A program made the translations under genes and the position numbers. The notes under the pieces are model-generated. The model was not told the origin of the DNA and searched no databases. It saw nothing but the letters and a program-made list of their open reading frames with translations. A stretch of DNA of 64,000 nt from Monosiga brevicollis MX1 (lineage: Eukaryota), in contig NW_001865091.1 in the NCBI RefSeq assembly GCF_000002865.3, forward strand, positions 25,332-89,331. Reading direction: 5' to 3'. Shown piece by piece: positions 50,933 through 64,000 of this stretch (positions are counted from its first letter, which is position 1; every line of letters begins with the position of its first letter).

Positions 50933-51980
50933 CTATATTGTGGCCAGACTGGGCTGTGCAAAGATTTGGGCAATGTCGTCCCAACTGTTGAGCTTGGCCA
51001 CGTTGAGTGGAGTCTCTCCTCGCTGTGGGAAGTAGGCCAAAGCCAAATTTTTAAAAAAAAAAAATGAGCTTTATGGGATAGGCACAAGGTTTTTGCCAAA
51101 GTTTCCAGGAAGAGCGATTTCTCTTTGCACGAGGCACGCTTACACGATCCAGGACGTTGATTTGAGCGTGTGCCTCAACCAGGCGCTTGATAATGTCGAG
51201 GTGACCGTAGCGGCAGCTCCAGTGCAGTGGTGTCCAGCCCGTCTGAATATGATGTGTTGCCACAGGAAGTGAACAACAAGCCGGGCAAAGCTGTGGATGA
51301 CTGGGTTGAGAGGGCTCACGTTTTCTTTGGCGTTGACATTGGCACCGGCATTGAGCAAGGCCTCAACGATTGCGGTTCTTCCATTTGCGCAGGCGATGTG
51401 AAGCGGCGTTCGACCGAGCTGAGGGCCACGATCGGATTGATGGGATTGAGAAAGCACAGGGCCAGGCAAATGAGCATGCTATTTGTTTGTATGTCCATGC
51501 CGTGGGTTTGTGTGATCGAGACCCCGTCCCGTGTATGTGTGAGGGTGGGCGAGCGAACCGTGGTCTGGGCATCGACAGATGCACCGGCGGCAAGAAAGCG
51601 GTGAACCAGGTCAATGTGGCCCCGAGCGCAGGCCCAGTGCAGCGGAGCGTTTCCATCCTGTCGCGTGGTTGAAGGAGGGGGTGAGCGAGGATACTGGGGG
51701 AGGCCAACGCAGTTGAAGAGCGCAACGGGACCTTTGGGCTCAGAGTGAGAGCAAGCGTCTGAACATCATCTGGGTGCTGGATGTCAAGATAGGCTGAGGC
51801 AGGCAGGCTGGAGGCACTGCGACATGCGGAACGAAGGCGTTGCCCTCGACGGGCCATCGTAGCGGTGGTCTGTGGAGCGGGGCTGCTGATGCAGTCGATG
51901 GCAGCATCAGAGTCAGCTTGGCCAGGCGCCCTGGAATGGCTGGCCCAAGCCTCGGCACACCACGCCACAGCGACCAGCAT
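50933..51980 (-). CDS. Small ankyrin-repeat protein (3 full repeats plus caps), multi-exon
   Basis: Exons DGNAPLHWACARGHIDLVHRFLAAGA, LGRTPLHIACANGRTAIVEALLNAGA, TGWTPLHWSCRYGHLDIIKRLVEAHA and RGETPLNVAK...ATI*. The start is uncertain (51980 or 51857). Confidence 0.82.
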
Positions 51981-52084
51981 GTTGTGCAAAAAGGATCAAG
52001 CTCAGGAAGCCAAAGGGGATCAGGAAAGAGGGGGAGAGCCAGAAGCTGTTTGTCGTATCAGGATGAAGGCACAAGTGTTTTGAG

Positions 52085-52325
52085 AGGCAGGAGGAAGAGG
52101 GGAGGAAGAGGGATGGAAGGAGGCAGAGGGGAAGGAGGATGGGAGGAGGGATGGGAGGCAGGAGGAAGGAGGAGGAAGAAGGAATGGGAGGCAGGAGGAA
52201 GGAGGAGGAAGAAAGGAAGGAGGAGGCAGAGGGGATAGAAGGAGGCAGAGAGGAAGGAGGAGGCAGAAAGGAAGAGGGGATAGAAGGAGGAGGCAGAGAG
52301 GAGGCAGAGAGGATGGGGGAAGCAG
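52085..52325. repeat. Purine-rich (GGA/GGAGGCAG) low-complexity tandem repeat
   Basis: Directly visible. Confidence 0.8.
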
Positions 52326-53213
52326 CAGGTGTCAAATGCGCTGCAGCGGCGTCTCTCTCTTTTTTTTTTTTTTTTTGCCGAAATCCGGAGAGACGTCCGC
52401 ATGCTGACAATTCCAACAGGAGTTTATATTGAAGAGTTACATGTGAAATTGGTATTTTAGTCAACGCAAGGTTTGAAGGAAGAGTGTATAGTATGACATA
52501 GTGTACACATCAATTGATAATTTTGGATGACAATGACGCGACTCGAAAACGCCCTCTGGCCATGCGCCCATCAAAGGAAGTTGTAGCGACTAGCCGACTT
52601 TACGTAGATAGCAAGGCATGTACAATGATAACTGATGCATAACGTTATAGGGATGATGCATGTGTAATTAGTTGACGTGGTGTGTCAACTCCAATTGCGG
52701 TGATACGTGTGGCATGGGGGCGCTGCACGTATGTGCCATACGATCGGCAAGTGTGATGATATCAAGGGAAATCGTTGTAAAGTGGTGCGTATCGGTGTGG
52801 TAATGTGTGTGGGGTGTGTGACTTTGGCATCTGCCATGTATGGCCCGAGTGGACATGAGCGCCCTCTTGCCATCCTCCCTCTTGCTCGTTCCTTTCGATT
52901 TCCGTTCATCTCTAGAACGAATGGGTAGTGGTGAACACCTCTCTGACATTATCACGACCGATCTGATTGCTCTCTGCTTTCTGCTTTTAAAATACTTTGC
53001 AGACTATCTAAAAACCTTGCCCCTCTCTGAATGTTGTGCATGTTTTCACTCCCTCTCTACCTCCGAGCCCTCCCTCAAAACGTACCTCTACCCCAGCCCC
53101 CCTCGTACCTCCCTCCCTCTAGCCCCCCCCCCTCCGCGCACGGCTCATTAAAGAGAGAGAGAAAAAAAAAAACATTTTCGCGCCGCGCGCTCTCTCTCTC
53201 TCTCTCTCCGGGC

Positions 53214-53255
<42 letters not shown>

Positions 53256-53958
53256 CAGTGTCTTTTGCGCGGCCCGCTCGCTCTCTGGGCTTCGCGTGCG
53301 CGGGCTCGCTCTGCGCTTGTGGCCGTGTGCAGTGCGGGTTCTGGCTTTTTTTTTTGCTTCTGTCTCGGGGTGATTTCCATCTCTGTCTCGGTCGTCGTGT
53401 GTTGCTCCTTCGCGCGTCAGCTCCCCAGAATCCTGAGCCCTCACGCACTCTTCCTTTTCGTCTGCCCCCGTCCGGGCTCTCCTCCTCTTCTGGTGCTGCA
53501 GGGGGGGGACCTTTTTATCTTGCGCAGGCTTTCAGACACGTCGATTCTGACATGTACGTGTTCTTTCGACCGCCGCCCCGGCTTGCCCGGGCTTGCCCGC
53601 CTCCCTGCCGTGCCCTGCGCTGACCCCCACACGCGCATGTCGCACCCATGAATCGCCGCGCTCGCTCGGCGTAGAAATCATGGCATTCGAATGCTAGTGC
53701 CTTCAAATCCCTCTTCCGCTGTTCAGAGGCGAGCGTGTTTCCTCTCCCTCTGTCCCCCTCTTTCCGCACGCAGTCACCCGAGGCGCGCATCGCGGTAAGG
53801 CCTGATCACGCGTGACTTGCTGTTCTAGCGATCAATTTTGAGCCAAAATCGTGTGCTGACTCTTGAACGGTGAAAAGTTGTTCTATGCTCACCGCCGCCC
53901 GCCCCCCACCTGTTGTACGGCCCTTGGTGCGGCACAATCTAGCCAGCCAACCGGCGCC

Positions 53959-56900
53959 ATGATCCATTCAAATAGGGTCGTGCCCTTGCTCATGGGCCTG
54001 TGCCTGGTCTTGTCTCAACTGGCCGACGTCACGCAAGGTATCCTTGCTCACCCCCCTCGCCTGTTTTCCCTCTTTGCCCCTTGTAATTTTTTTTTTTTTA
54101 GATTTTTTTTAATTGTTTATGTGTGTGTGTGTGGTTATATGATGCCAAGTCTTACTCCAAATCCCCTTGTACAGGTGCATGTGAGGTCGGAGGCTGCAAT
54201 CATGGTCAGTGCAACACCACAAGCAACGCTTGTGAGTGCGAGCCCGGCTTTTTTGGCCCTGCGTGTGCCTTTGAACAATGCAACGAGATGCGGGCGTTTC
54301 GCCCCGGTCTGTTGGTCAACATGTACGACGACTACAGCTTCAGGTCCATGGACGGCGGGCAAACGGTCTGGCCCTATATCAGCTTTGATTGGAACTACGG
54401 CGCCCCGTATCCTCTTCCCTCGGACCACTTCTCCCTCCTGGCCCAAGGGGTGCTACGTCCCACCCAAACGGGCTACTACAAATTTCAATGCCGCTACCGT
54501 CAAGGCGCCTGCCGTATCTTTGTGGATCGCAATCAGACGACCACCGAGCAGGCCATGTACCTTTCTGCCGGCCAAGCGTATCGCCTCAAGCTGGAGTTTC
54601 AGCACTCCACAAGCCACACCTATTGGTACTTTGATTGGTCTGGCCCCCTCGCCGACCCAGGGGCCGAGCCCAGCTTTGCCCCTGTGCCCGCCGACCACCT
54701 GGAACACGAGGCTGTGTGCACCGCCGGCTGCTCTGCTCGTGGCTGCTGCGAAGTCTCCGATCAGTGCTTTTGCCCCGAAGGTTTTACCGGCAGCGACTGT
54801 AGCGTGCCCATTGACACCCCAAACTGCGGCACGGACCATCCACAGGGGCCCTACTTGCCGGGCGGCGTCAACATTGCCCTCTATAGCGACTATTATTGGG
54901 GGTCTGGGCAACCACCCGTGACTCAGCTCACCCAACGCTCGCCTTACTTTAGCGCTGGTTACGGCACGCCGTCCTCTCTCATCAGCAACCGTGATTACTG
55001 GTCTCTCACCTTTTACGGCAAGCTGCGCGTCAACGTCACGGGGTGGTACACCTTTCAGACCACCATGGGCAGTGGATATGGTGTTGCGCTCATCGGACCC
55101 CATGCCGTTATCATGCCCCTCATGGGCAGCACCAGCCGCGACATCTTCCTCATCGGTGGCCGCCTCTATGATCTGCACGCCAGCTACAAACACAGCGTCA
55201 ACTCGGGCCACTTTCGTCTGCGTTGGGCACCTCCAGGTCAAGAACTGGTCACCATCCCCACTTCAGAACTTTTCACTCCGACCCAGGGCAGCTATTGCCA
55301 AATCGGTTTTCTTTGCAACGAAACCGGCTTCAACAACAACGGCGCCTGCCTATGCGATCCCCTTCATGAAGGCGAACACTGTGAGCATTATCGCTGCCGC
55401 TCTGACGAATGTCGCTACCACGACAATTGCTACGATGAGGCCTATGGCAGTGACGACGCCGAATGCAATGGCCAGGGGCGGTGTGTCGCTGGTGTTTGCG
55501 AGTGCGAGGATGGCTTTACGGATCACAGCCAGTGCACCCGCGAAGGCTGTACCGATGCGTCAGACTGCTCCAACCACGGGGCGTGTGGGTTGGATGGTAT
55601 TTGTCAATGTGAGACCGGGTACATGGGCGAGTTTTGCGAGCTGACCGTCTGCGGAAATGATCGCGCCACGCTCGCCGGTTTGATTGCCACCTACTACGAC
55701 GGCAGCGCCTTTAACGAAAGGCGCGCCATGGTGGCGGTTCCCACCGTTTATCTCGACATTGACTATGGCGCCCCACATCCCGGACTGCCAAGCGACTACT
55801 TTAGCGTGGTCTATGCGGGGTTTGTGCGGCCCAAGGAAACGGGCTGGTATCGCTTCCGACTGCGCCGTGAGAATAGCGATGCGTACATTTATATGAATCA
55901 GACCTCCTACGACGACAATGCCATGCTCCTGACGCGCGCCGAACAGCTGCGCATCAAACTTGAATGGCGCCACTACACATCAGACACATCGCTGTATTTC
56001 GAGTGGATGGGGCCGTTTCCCAATTCGACGCTGGCGCAGGCAGCACCGTCGAGCGAGTTTACGATTGTTCCGGAACACGTGCTGCTGCACAAGGCGGTGT
56101 GTCCCGGGGGATGCTCGGGCCGTGGCTGCTGTGTGGCAGCGGACACCTGCTCGTGTGATCCGGGCTTTACCGGGCCGCGGTGCGAAGTGGCTTTTTCCGA
56201 GTGTGGAGACGATGCCCCTGAAGGCAACCTAGAGTCGGGTGGTCTGCGTGCGCGGTTCTACGATGAGCGCCTTGAGGACGCTTTGACCAGCACTGCTGCC
56301 TGGGTTGATAGCGGAGTCCGCACGGTCATTAGCTCTCACTGGGGTTATGGTGCGCCGGCCTCGGGCATCGACAACGACTACTGGACAATCGTTTATACGG
56401 GCTACCTGCTCCCGATCCAGTCAGGCTGGCACCGAATTCGTGCAAGAACCGACTCGATGGACGCTCGGCTGTACCTGGGTGGGGTGCGGCTCTTCACGTG
56501 GACGACGGCCTGGACTCAGAGTGTCTACCTCGTGGCGGGCCGTCTTTACAACATCCGCTTTGATGCACGTGACGGCACGTCAGACGCTGGCGTGTGGCTT
56601 TATTGGGAAGGCCCGGGCTTTATGGAGCAAATTATTCCAAAGACCAATCTCTTTCACTATGAAACTGGCTTTGCTTGCTCCTGCGGGGTCGACGCTTGTA
56701 CGACCTACGAGCGCGGTGTCTGTGCCAACGGCCTGTGCGTGTGCCACGGCCAGTTTGAGGGCGAGCACTGTGAGCACTATCGCTGCCGTGCCGACGAGTG
56801 CCGCTACCATGACAACTGCTACGATGAAGCCTATGGCAGTGACGATGCCGAGTGCAACGGTCAAGGCCGCTGCATGGCCGGTCTTTGTGAATGCCCATCG

Positions 56901-59900
56901 GGTCTCACCAACGAAAGCCAGTGTACTCGCCAAGGCTGTGTCGACGAGGCTGACTGCTCCTACCATGGAGTCTGTGGCGAAGATGGCACGTGTCAGTGCG
57001 ATGCCGAGTACATGGGCGAATTTTGTGAGCTGACCGTTTGCGGGGATGATCGTGCCACGCTTGCCGGTCTAATTGCCACTTACTACGACGGCAGCGCTTT
57101 CAACGAAAGGCGCGCCATGGTGGCTGTCCCATCGGTGTACACCGATGTGGCCTACGGGGAACCGCATCCCGGTTTGCCGAGCGACTACTTTAGCGTGGTC
57201 TATGCGGGGTTTGTGCGGCCCAAGGAAACGGGCTGGTATCGCTTCCGACTGCGGTGGGAGCGCAGTGATGTCTACTTTTATCTCAACCGAACGCAGTACG
57301 ACGACTCGAGCAGTGCGCTGTTGTATGAGGCCGGGGACATGATCCGTATGAAGATTGAATGGCGCCACTACACATCAGACACATCGCTGTATTTTGAGTG
57401 GATGGGGCCGTTTGCCAATTCGACGCTGGCGCAGGCAGCGCCGTCGAGCGAGTTTACGGCAGTTCCGGAACACGTGCTGCTGCACGAGGCGGTGTGTCCC
57501 GGGGGTTGCTCGGGCCGCGGCTGCTGTGTGGCAGCGGACACCTGCTCGTGTGATCCGGGCTATGGTGGTCCAAACTGTGAGGTGGATTTGTCGACTTGCG
57601 GACCAGACGCACCCAGAGGGGCATTGCAATCTGGCGGCGTCAAGGTGCGCTACTTTAATGGCGTGCAAGAAGACGCCATGACCGCCAATGTGACTTGGGC
57701 TGACGGCGGAGTCAAGAGTCGCATCAACCTCGCATGGGGTTATGGTTCGCCGGCCTCGGGCATCAGCAGTGACCACTGGACTGCTGTCTTTAGTGGCTGG
57801 CTTCTTTCTGACCAAACGGGCTGGCATCGGTTCCGTGTGGCGACCGACTCGATGGACGCCCGGCTGTACCTGGGTGGGGTGCGGCTCTTCACGTGGACGA
57901 CGGCTTGGTCTCAGAGTGTCTACCTCGTGGCGGGTCGCCTTTACGACATGCGCTTTGATGCACGTGATGGCACGTCTGATGCCTCAGTGTGGCTTTACTG
58001 GCAAGGCCCCGGCTTTATGGAGCATTTGGTGCCTTCGGCTAATCTTTACCATTACGAAGATGGCTTTATGTGTGGTTGTGGCAGCAGTGGGTGCAGCGGC
58101 TCGGGTCGAGGCGTGTGTGCAGATGCCATGTGCGTGTGCCACGGCCAATTTGAGGGCACGTCTTGTGAGCACTATCGCTGCCGTGCCGATGAGTGCCGCT
58201 ACCATGATAACTGCTACGATGAAGCGTACGGCAGTGACAATGCTGAGTGCAATGGTCAAGGCCGCTGCGTGGCCGGTGTTTGTGAATGCAACAGTGGTTT
58301 TGCCGATGAAAGCCGGTGCACGCGAGAGGGTTGTGTAGACACCGTCGATTGCTCCCAGCGAGGCACGTGTAATGCCGCGGGCCAGTGCGAGTGCGACACC
58401 GGCTACATGGGGGAAGCGTGCGAGCTGAGCGTATGTGGCAATGAGCGTGCCATGCTGCCAGGGATCTTGACTACCTACTACGCTGGCTCCGCGTTTGGAG
58501 AGCGGCGCATCTCCATTGCCGAGCCAAACATATATCGTAATTTGGACGGCAATATTCCATTCCCCGGCCTGCCGAGCGATTATTTTAGCGCCACGTTCGA
58601 GGGGTTTGTGCGACCCAAGGTGACGGGGTGGTATCGCTTTCGATTGGGGTGGGAACGCGGCTCGGGTCGCGTCTTCTTAAACCGGACACAATACACTGAC
58701 TCTGCTCATTCGATGCTCTTGACTCGGGGCGAGCTGCTTCGTCTCAAGGTGGAATGGCAGCATGATCGTTATGACACTGCTGTATATTTTGAGTGGATGG
58801 GCCCTTTTGTCAACTCCTCGCTGGCTGAAAGCACCGACTCGACAGCCTTTGAAGCCGTTCCATCGTTTGCACTGTTACACGAAGCCGTGTGCACCGGTGG
58901 TTGTTCGGACCATGGCTGCTGTGTGGCACCCAACACGTGCTCGTGCGATGAAGGCTACACGGGGCCACATTGTGAGGTAGAGGTCTCGACGTGCGCCTCG
59001 GAACCCCGCGGCTCGCTCGCGTCGGGCTTGCAGTTGCGCTTTTTCAACGGCCACTACACAGATGCCATGGTGGATGGTGTTCCAGTCGTAACGCAGCGGG
59101 CCAGCAATATTCACGTCGATTATGGATATGGCTCCCCTGCCAGTGGGGTGCAATCCGATTATTTCATCGCCGTCTGGTCAGGGTACATTCTCCCGCCGCA
59201 AACGGGTTGGTACACCTTCCGAGTTTGGACCGACCACATGTCGGCTCGTCTGTTTGTGGCCAATCAACTTTTGGTAGACTGGGAAGACGCCTGGTCAACG
59301 CAGATCTATCTGCACGCCGACCGCTATTATGAGCTACGCTACGACGCTCGCGAGGGCGTTTATGACGCGGCAGCACGTCTTTACTGGACGGGACCAGGCT
59401 TTATGGAGCACATTGTGCCTTCTTCAGTTTTATTTTCACTGCCGGACGACGTCAGTTGCCCATGCCCGGACAATTGCACTCGACACACCCAGGGCTATTG
59501 TTTGGACGGCTTTTGTGCTTGCACCGGTGCCTTTGTGGGTGACAATTGCAACGAAGTGCGCTGCCGCACAGACGAATGTTTGGGGCACGATGACTGTCAT
59601 GATCCTGCTCTGGGAAGCAACAATGCCGAGTGCAGCGGCCTGGGCAGCTGTGTTGACGGCCAGTGCGCCTGCCCTGATTTGGGCCTGCAGGCATCATGCA
59701 CCACAGAATTGTGTCCGGGGGATGGTACCTGCGGCTTGCACGGGACCTGCACCAACGACGGTTGTCTTTGCGAGGCTGGCTTTGATGGCAACGCGTGCCA
59801 ATATCATTCCTGCCCCCGCGAAATGGGCCAACTGCCTGGTTTGCGTGCGCGGTTCTACAACGAAGTAGAGCGTTTGATTGTGGTTGCCTCCACAGTGGTC

Positions 59901-62900
59901 GACTACACAGCCGCCTCCTGGAGCGATAGCCCTTATCCGGGTGTCAACTCAGATTACTTTGCTCTTGAGCTGGAGGGTATGGTCCTGTCCCCAGCTGCGG
60001 GATGGTATCGCGTTCAATGCCCTGAGAGTCGTGTGAGCTGCGACTGGGTGCTTGCCAACTCGTCGGCCAGTGTGGTGCAGCTTGGGCAAGGCTGGCAAAA
60101 CCTGTCCGTCGTGGTCACTCATTCTCGGTATACGGCCACCTTTTCCTTGGAGCTCGCCGGGCCCTTTGCAAATGCCACCTTGGCCGAGTCTGCGGATGCC
60201 GCCGAATACTGGTCATTTGCTGATTGGCAGCTGGGGCATCGTGCCGAGTGCGACCAGTGCGACAATGGCTGTTGCATGGGTGATGGCGTTTGCGTGTGCG
60301 AGCCCGGCTGGGCGGGGGCCACCTGCAACATCTCCCTGCCTCTGTGCAATGGGAGCGATGTCGAGCGGTTGCCAGGAGCAGTCGCTCGCTATTATACGGA
60401 TCGCTCATATGATTCCTTGGTGGCGACCGACTCGGTAAGCAAGCTGGGCCGTGATTTTGGCTACGACGCACCGTATGCTGGCGTGCCCAATGCATATTTT
60501 GCCATTCGCTATGAGGCCTTTTTGGAAGTGCCTCGCAACGGCTGGTACCGTTTTCGTTTCGTTCAAGACCGAATGAATGGTTTATTGCGCGTGGCCAACC
60601 AACTGGTGTTGCCAACCAGTGGCGGATTCAGTGCGAAAATCTACTTGTATGCCTCCGTTCCATCGCCCCTGCTGCTTGAGGTTTACGAGACTTCATCGTA
60701 CGACAGTTACTATGACCTACATGTGCGCGGTGAAAACAACTACGAGGTCGACTTGGATTTGAACAACCTTTTTTACTTGAGTGGTGCATGTGGCTGTCTT
60801 CCTTGCGACCTGGCCACAATCAATGATTACGACCCAGCATTTGACGTCGCTTCCACAGCGGCACTTGTTGTGCGCGAGGGACAATTGGGCCACGTCCGCT
60901 GGCTTGAAGCCACCGATCGGGACAGTGGAGACTCGTTTGGCATCCAATATGAGCTGATCTCTGATCCCAGTGGTTGCTTTTCTCTCGATGCCGTGACCGG
61001 CCGACTGAGCCTGGCGTGCTCAGTTAACAAAAGCACCATGCCGGTTTTTGATTTGGTTGTGGTTGCCTCGGATTCAGGTTCCCCGCCGCGCAATGGTACG
61101 GGAACGCTGACCGTATCGGTCGAATGTGCCGTCGGCTTTGCTGGGTCAAACTGCTCATCGTGCGCTGCCAATTACGGGGGCTCGACGTGCGCACGGTGCG
61201 TGCCTTGTTCGAGTCACGGTCAATGTGGCGAAGGAGGTTTGTGCTATTGCACCGATGCCACCTTCACCGGCGACGCATGCGCGGATTGCATTGACCGCCA
61301 TTATGGTGGATCGTGCCAACCATTGCCCTGGCTAGCGAGTCTGACGCCGACGACGGGCTTGGATTTTGGCGGTACCACCGTCACGTTGACGATTCACAAC
61401 ATGCCATCGAACCGCCCCAACGTATCGTGCGTCTTTGACGGCCTAGCAGTCCGGGCTGTAGTAGTGAACAATGAGACCCTGACCTGTGTGACGCCCCGCC
61501 ACGAACCTGCCACCGTGGCCGTCAGGGTCACATTTGACGGCGGCGCCACCTTTGTGGGACCCAGCTCGGGACAGTCTTACAGCTATGTGGGTAACTGCCC
61601 GCAGACAGACTGTCCTCCAAATCGTGCCTTTTGTGTGTTTGGTGAGTGCTATTGTAAGCTAGAGTTTTTTGGCGACAAATGCTCGCAGCAATATGTGCGC
61701 CCGACGATCAAACCCGTGAGCAGTACCACTGTTTTGCCTGGCGCTGCCTTTGCGCAGCGGCTCGATCTCCAAGCCGGAAATGGGGAGATCACATGGGTTC
61801 TCATGGAGGCGCCGGCCGGTGCTTACTTGCAAGATGGCACCGTTGTGTGGCCCAAGGCAACAAGTGCATCATCTCTACATTCGTTTGTCGTGGAGGCCCG
61901 CAACGCCTATGCTGCGGGTTCCGTCGCATGGGGCGTGGCAGTTCCCTTTGCCTATCAGGCGAAGGTTTTGTCACTTGGAACGCTCGACATTCAGGGCTCA
62001 CCAGCATTAGTACATCTGACAGGCGTGGTCAACAAAAGTCATCCGGACATTACGTTGGACAGCCTGGAGGCGCTTCCGGTTAAAATCTGGTATGTTGATG
62101 GTTCTCACGAAATTCGTGCACCAGCTTCGGGCAAGGTTGTGAATCGAGGCTTACCTTTCACACTCTGTTTCATTTTCATGTCCTCTGTGGCACGCGCGCA
62201 CGCATGGTATCGAATTGCAGGCTTACGCAAACCACATCACACAATCGACGCCGGGCTGCCATGCAAGCCATTATCATGCGTGTAATAACCAATGCCACTG
62301 GTCACTTTTTCAAGCAGCTCAGTATCACGGATCTTGGTCACTTTCAAGTGGTATGTTCGTGTTGTCTCAATGTTTATCGCGATACATCCACACTCCAGCT
62401 GAGGGGCGGCCCAGAGAAACAGACATATCTGTGGGCCTTTTTTTTTTGTTTTTTTTTCCACTGTTATTTCTTTTTTTAAATTTTTTTGGCCTGAAGTTTT
62501 CTTTTGCGACTTTCTTTGTCGGCTTCCCATGTTCACATGTACACATGCCAATCGGAACTAGGGTGTTTCACACGCAGACGCAACGGTCATGGATGACCAA
62601 CGGACCGTGGAGGTGGCGGGTCTAACAGCTTCACCGACCTCTGTTGAGGTGCCGCTGTTGTCTGGAGATAACCAGACTGTCTTCTTAGCCCGTGTTGCCA
62701 ATCCTTCGTCTGTGGACATTGACAACGTGGAGCTGACGCTGGGTGGATTGTATGGCGTGCCGATACCAGATGAAGTTCGCCTGCATGCCTTCCTTGATCG
62801 TACAAACCTGGCTGGTGGCAGCTACACCAATCTGCGCTTATCCGCGAGCGTGTCGGACGAGTTTACCGGCTCCGTGCTGGTGGGCCTGCGGATCACTGAA

Positions 62901-64000
62901 GCCAGCTATGGAGTGTTTGTTCCAGTCACGGTGTCTGTTCGTGTAACTGCGCCCGCTGCTCGCATCAAGGCCTCATCCACGTACTTTGCGGTGACGGCCA
63001 TCCGAAACGCCTCCAGCAGCCGCCTCGTCACTATCACCAACACGGGCAGTGCTGCTACCCCACCACTCATTGTGAAAGTCCCTGATGGACAGTCACTGAT
63101 CAGCACAGGCATGCCCATGCTAGCACCTCTCGAGCCGTCTGAGAGCGCACAGGTGTCTTTGGTCATCACGCCGCAAGCCGATGCAGATCTGCGCCGCGGC
63201 ACCGCCACCATTGTCGTGCGTTCGGCGGAGGCCTCGTTGCTCAATTCGCTTAGCATTAAGCTTGACTTTACAATCTCCAGCAATTCCTCCTACGACGTGC
63301 CCGTGGTGGTGGAGAACGAGTTTACGTATTTTGCCGAGGGCGCGCCCAATGTGTCAGATGCCACCGTGCGCCTCGTCGGGCAGAGTCGCAGCTTCCGGCA
63401 AACACTCAAGACCGGTGACTCTGGGACTGTGGTGTTTCGGAACATTCCCGAGGGCTACTATGAAGTGAGCGCCCAGGCTTTGCGCCATTCAGCTGACTCT
63501 GCATTGGTGCGGGTCAACAACGAACTTGGTCTGACCCGACTGTTTCTGGCACGTGCTGCGGTCAGCTATGTCTGGACGGTGACACCCACACAAGTGGAAG
63601 AGACGTACACCTTCAAGCTGGAGGCGGAGTTTGAAACTCGGGTACCAATGCCTGTGGTCACGGTCGAACCAACATCGATTGATCTCGATCGCCTTTCGTA
63701 CGGTGACATTTCTCAACTTGATTTTATCATTACCAACCACGGCCTGATTGCCGCGGAGAACCCGACGTTGGCCTTACCAACTGATCACCCGGTGATTGAA
63801 TTCGTGCCTCTGAGCGAGCCTGCCGAAATAGTACCTGCTCAGACAACAATCGTATACTCTTATCGAGTTATTGTGCACAATATTGGTGGCAGCGATGATG
63901 ATGCTGATGATGACGACGACGATGCAATCATTGTAGATGACGACGACGTGATCGCGGGTGATGATGATGCCGCGACCGGCGACGATGATGCCGCGACCGG
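53959..64000 (+). CDS. Giant extracellular protein: tenascin-type EGF repeats, 10 PA14 domains, one cadherin repeat, IPT/TIG, Ig-like domains, Asp-rich tract (3' end outside the window)
   Basis: Signal MIHSNRVVPLLMGLCLVLSQLADVTQ|G. Exons 53959-54037, 54175-62089, ~62221-62350 and ~62561 to the window end (open). PA14 pattern GL.A.YY...DYFSV.Y.G...P.ETGWY.F occurs 10 times. Cadherin VREG...ATDRDSG...FSLDAVTGRL...VVASDSGSPP. IPT pattern P.L.SLTP..G...GGT.VT..LTCVTP. Confidence 0.9.

Overview
Eukaryotic draft-genome window with three N gaps, short GT-AG introns and abundant (GA)n/(CT)n microsatellites. The gene content (receptor tyrosine phosphatase, cadherin and cohesin/dockerin modules) suggests a choanoflagellate such as Monosiga; this is an inference. 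Left to right: (1) 1-3400, a nested retrotransposon cluster: a copia-type 5' LTR with TA...TA ends and a half-tRNA-iMet primer site, inserted into a dead CRE-clade RT/RLE element, plus further fragments; (2) an intron-containing secreted PL8 (chondroitin/hyaluronate lyase-like) gene; (3) a 576-bp CRE 3' fragment with an 8-bp target-site duplication inside a GA microsatellite; (4) a giant (>4,500 aa) receptor PTP whose ectodomain has TNFR-like Cys repeats, a TMEM132-like block, and a cohesin and a dockerin separated by three polybasic sites flanking two related short peptides, followed by FN3 repeats, a TM helix and two PTP domains; (5) COMMD10; (6) a divergent VPS41-like gene; (7) cytosolic ArgRS with an animal-type N-terminal leucine zipper; (8) two ankyrin genes; (9) a PAN-GH79 heparanase-like gene; (10) a mucin-like secreted protein; (11) a giant EGF/10xPA14/cadherin/IPT surface protein running off the right end. 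The best candidate for an undescribed system is the cleavable cohesin-dockerin 'latch' in the receptor phosphatase. All domain calls are motif recognition by eye; no searches were run.
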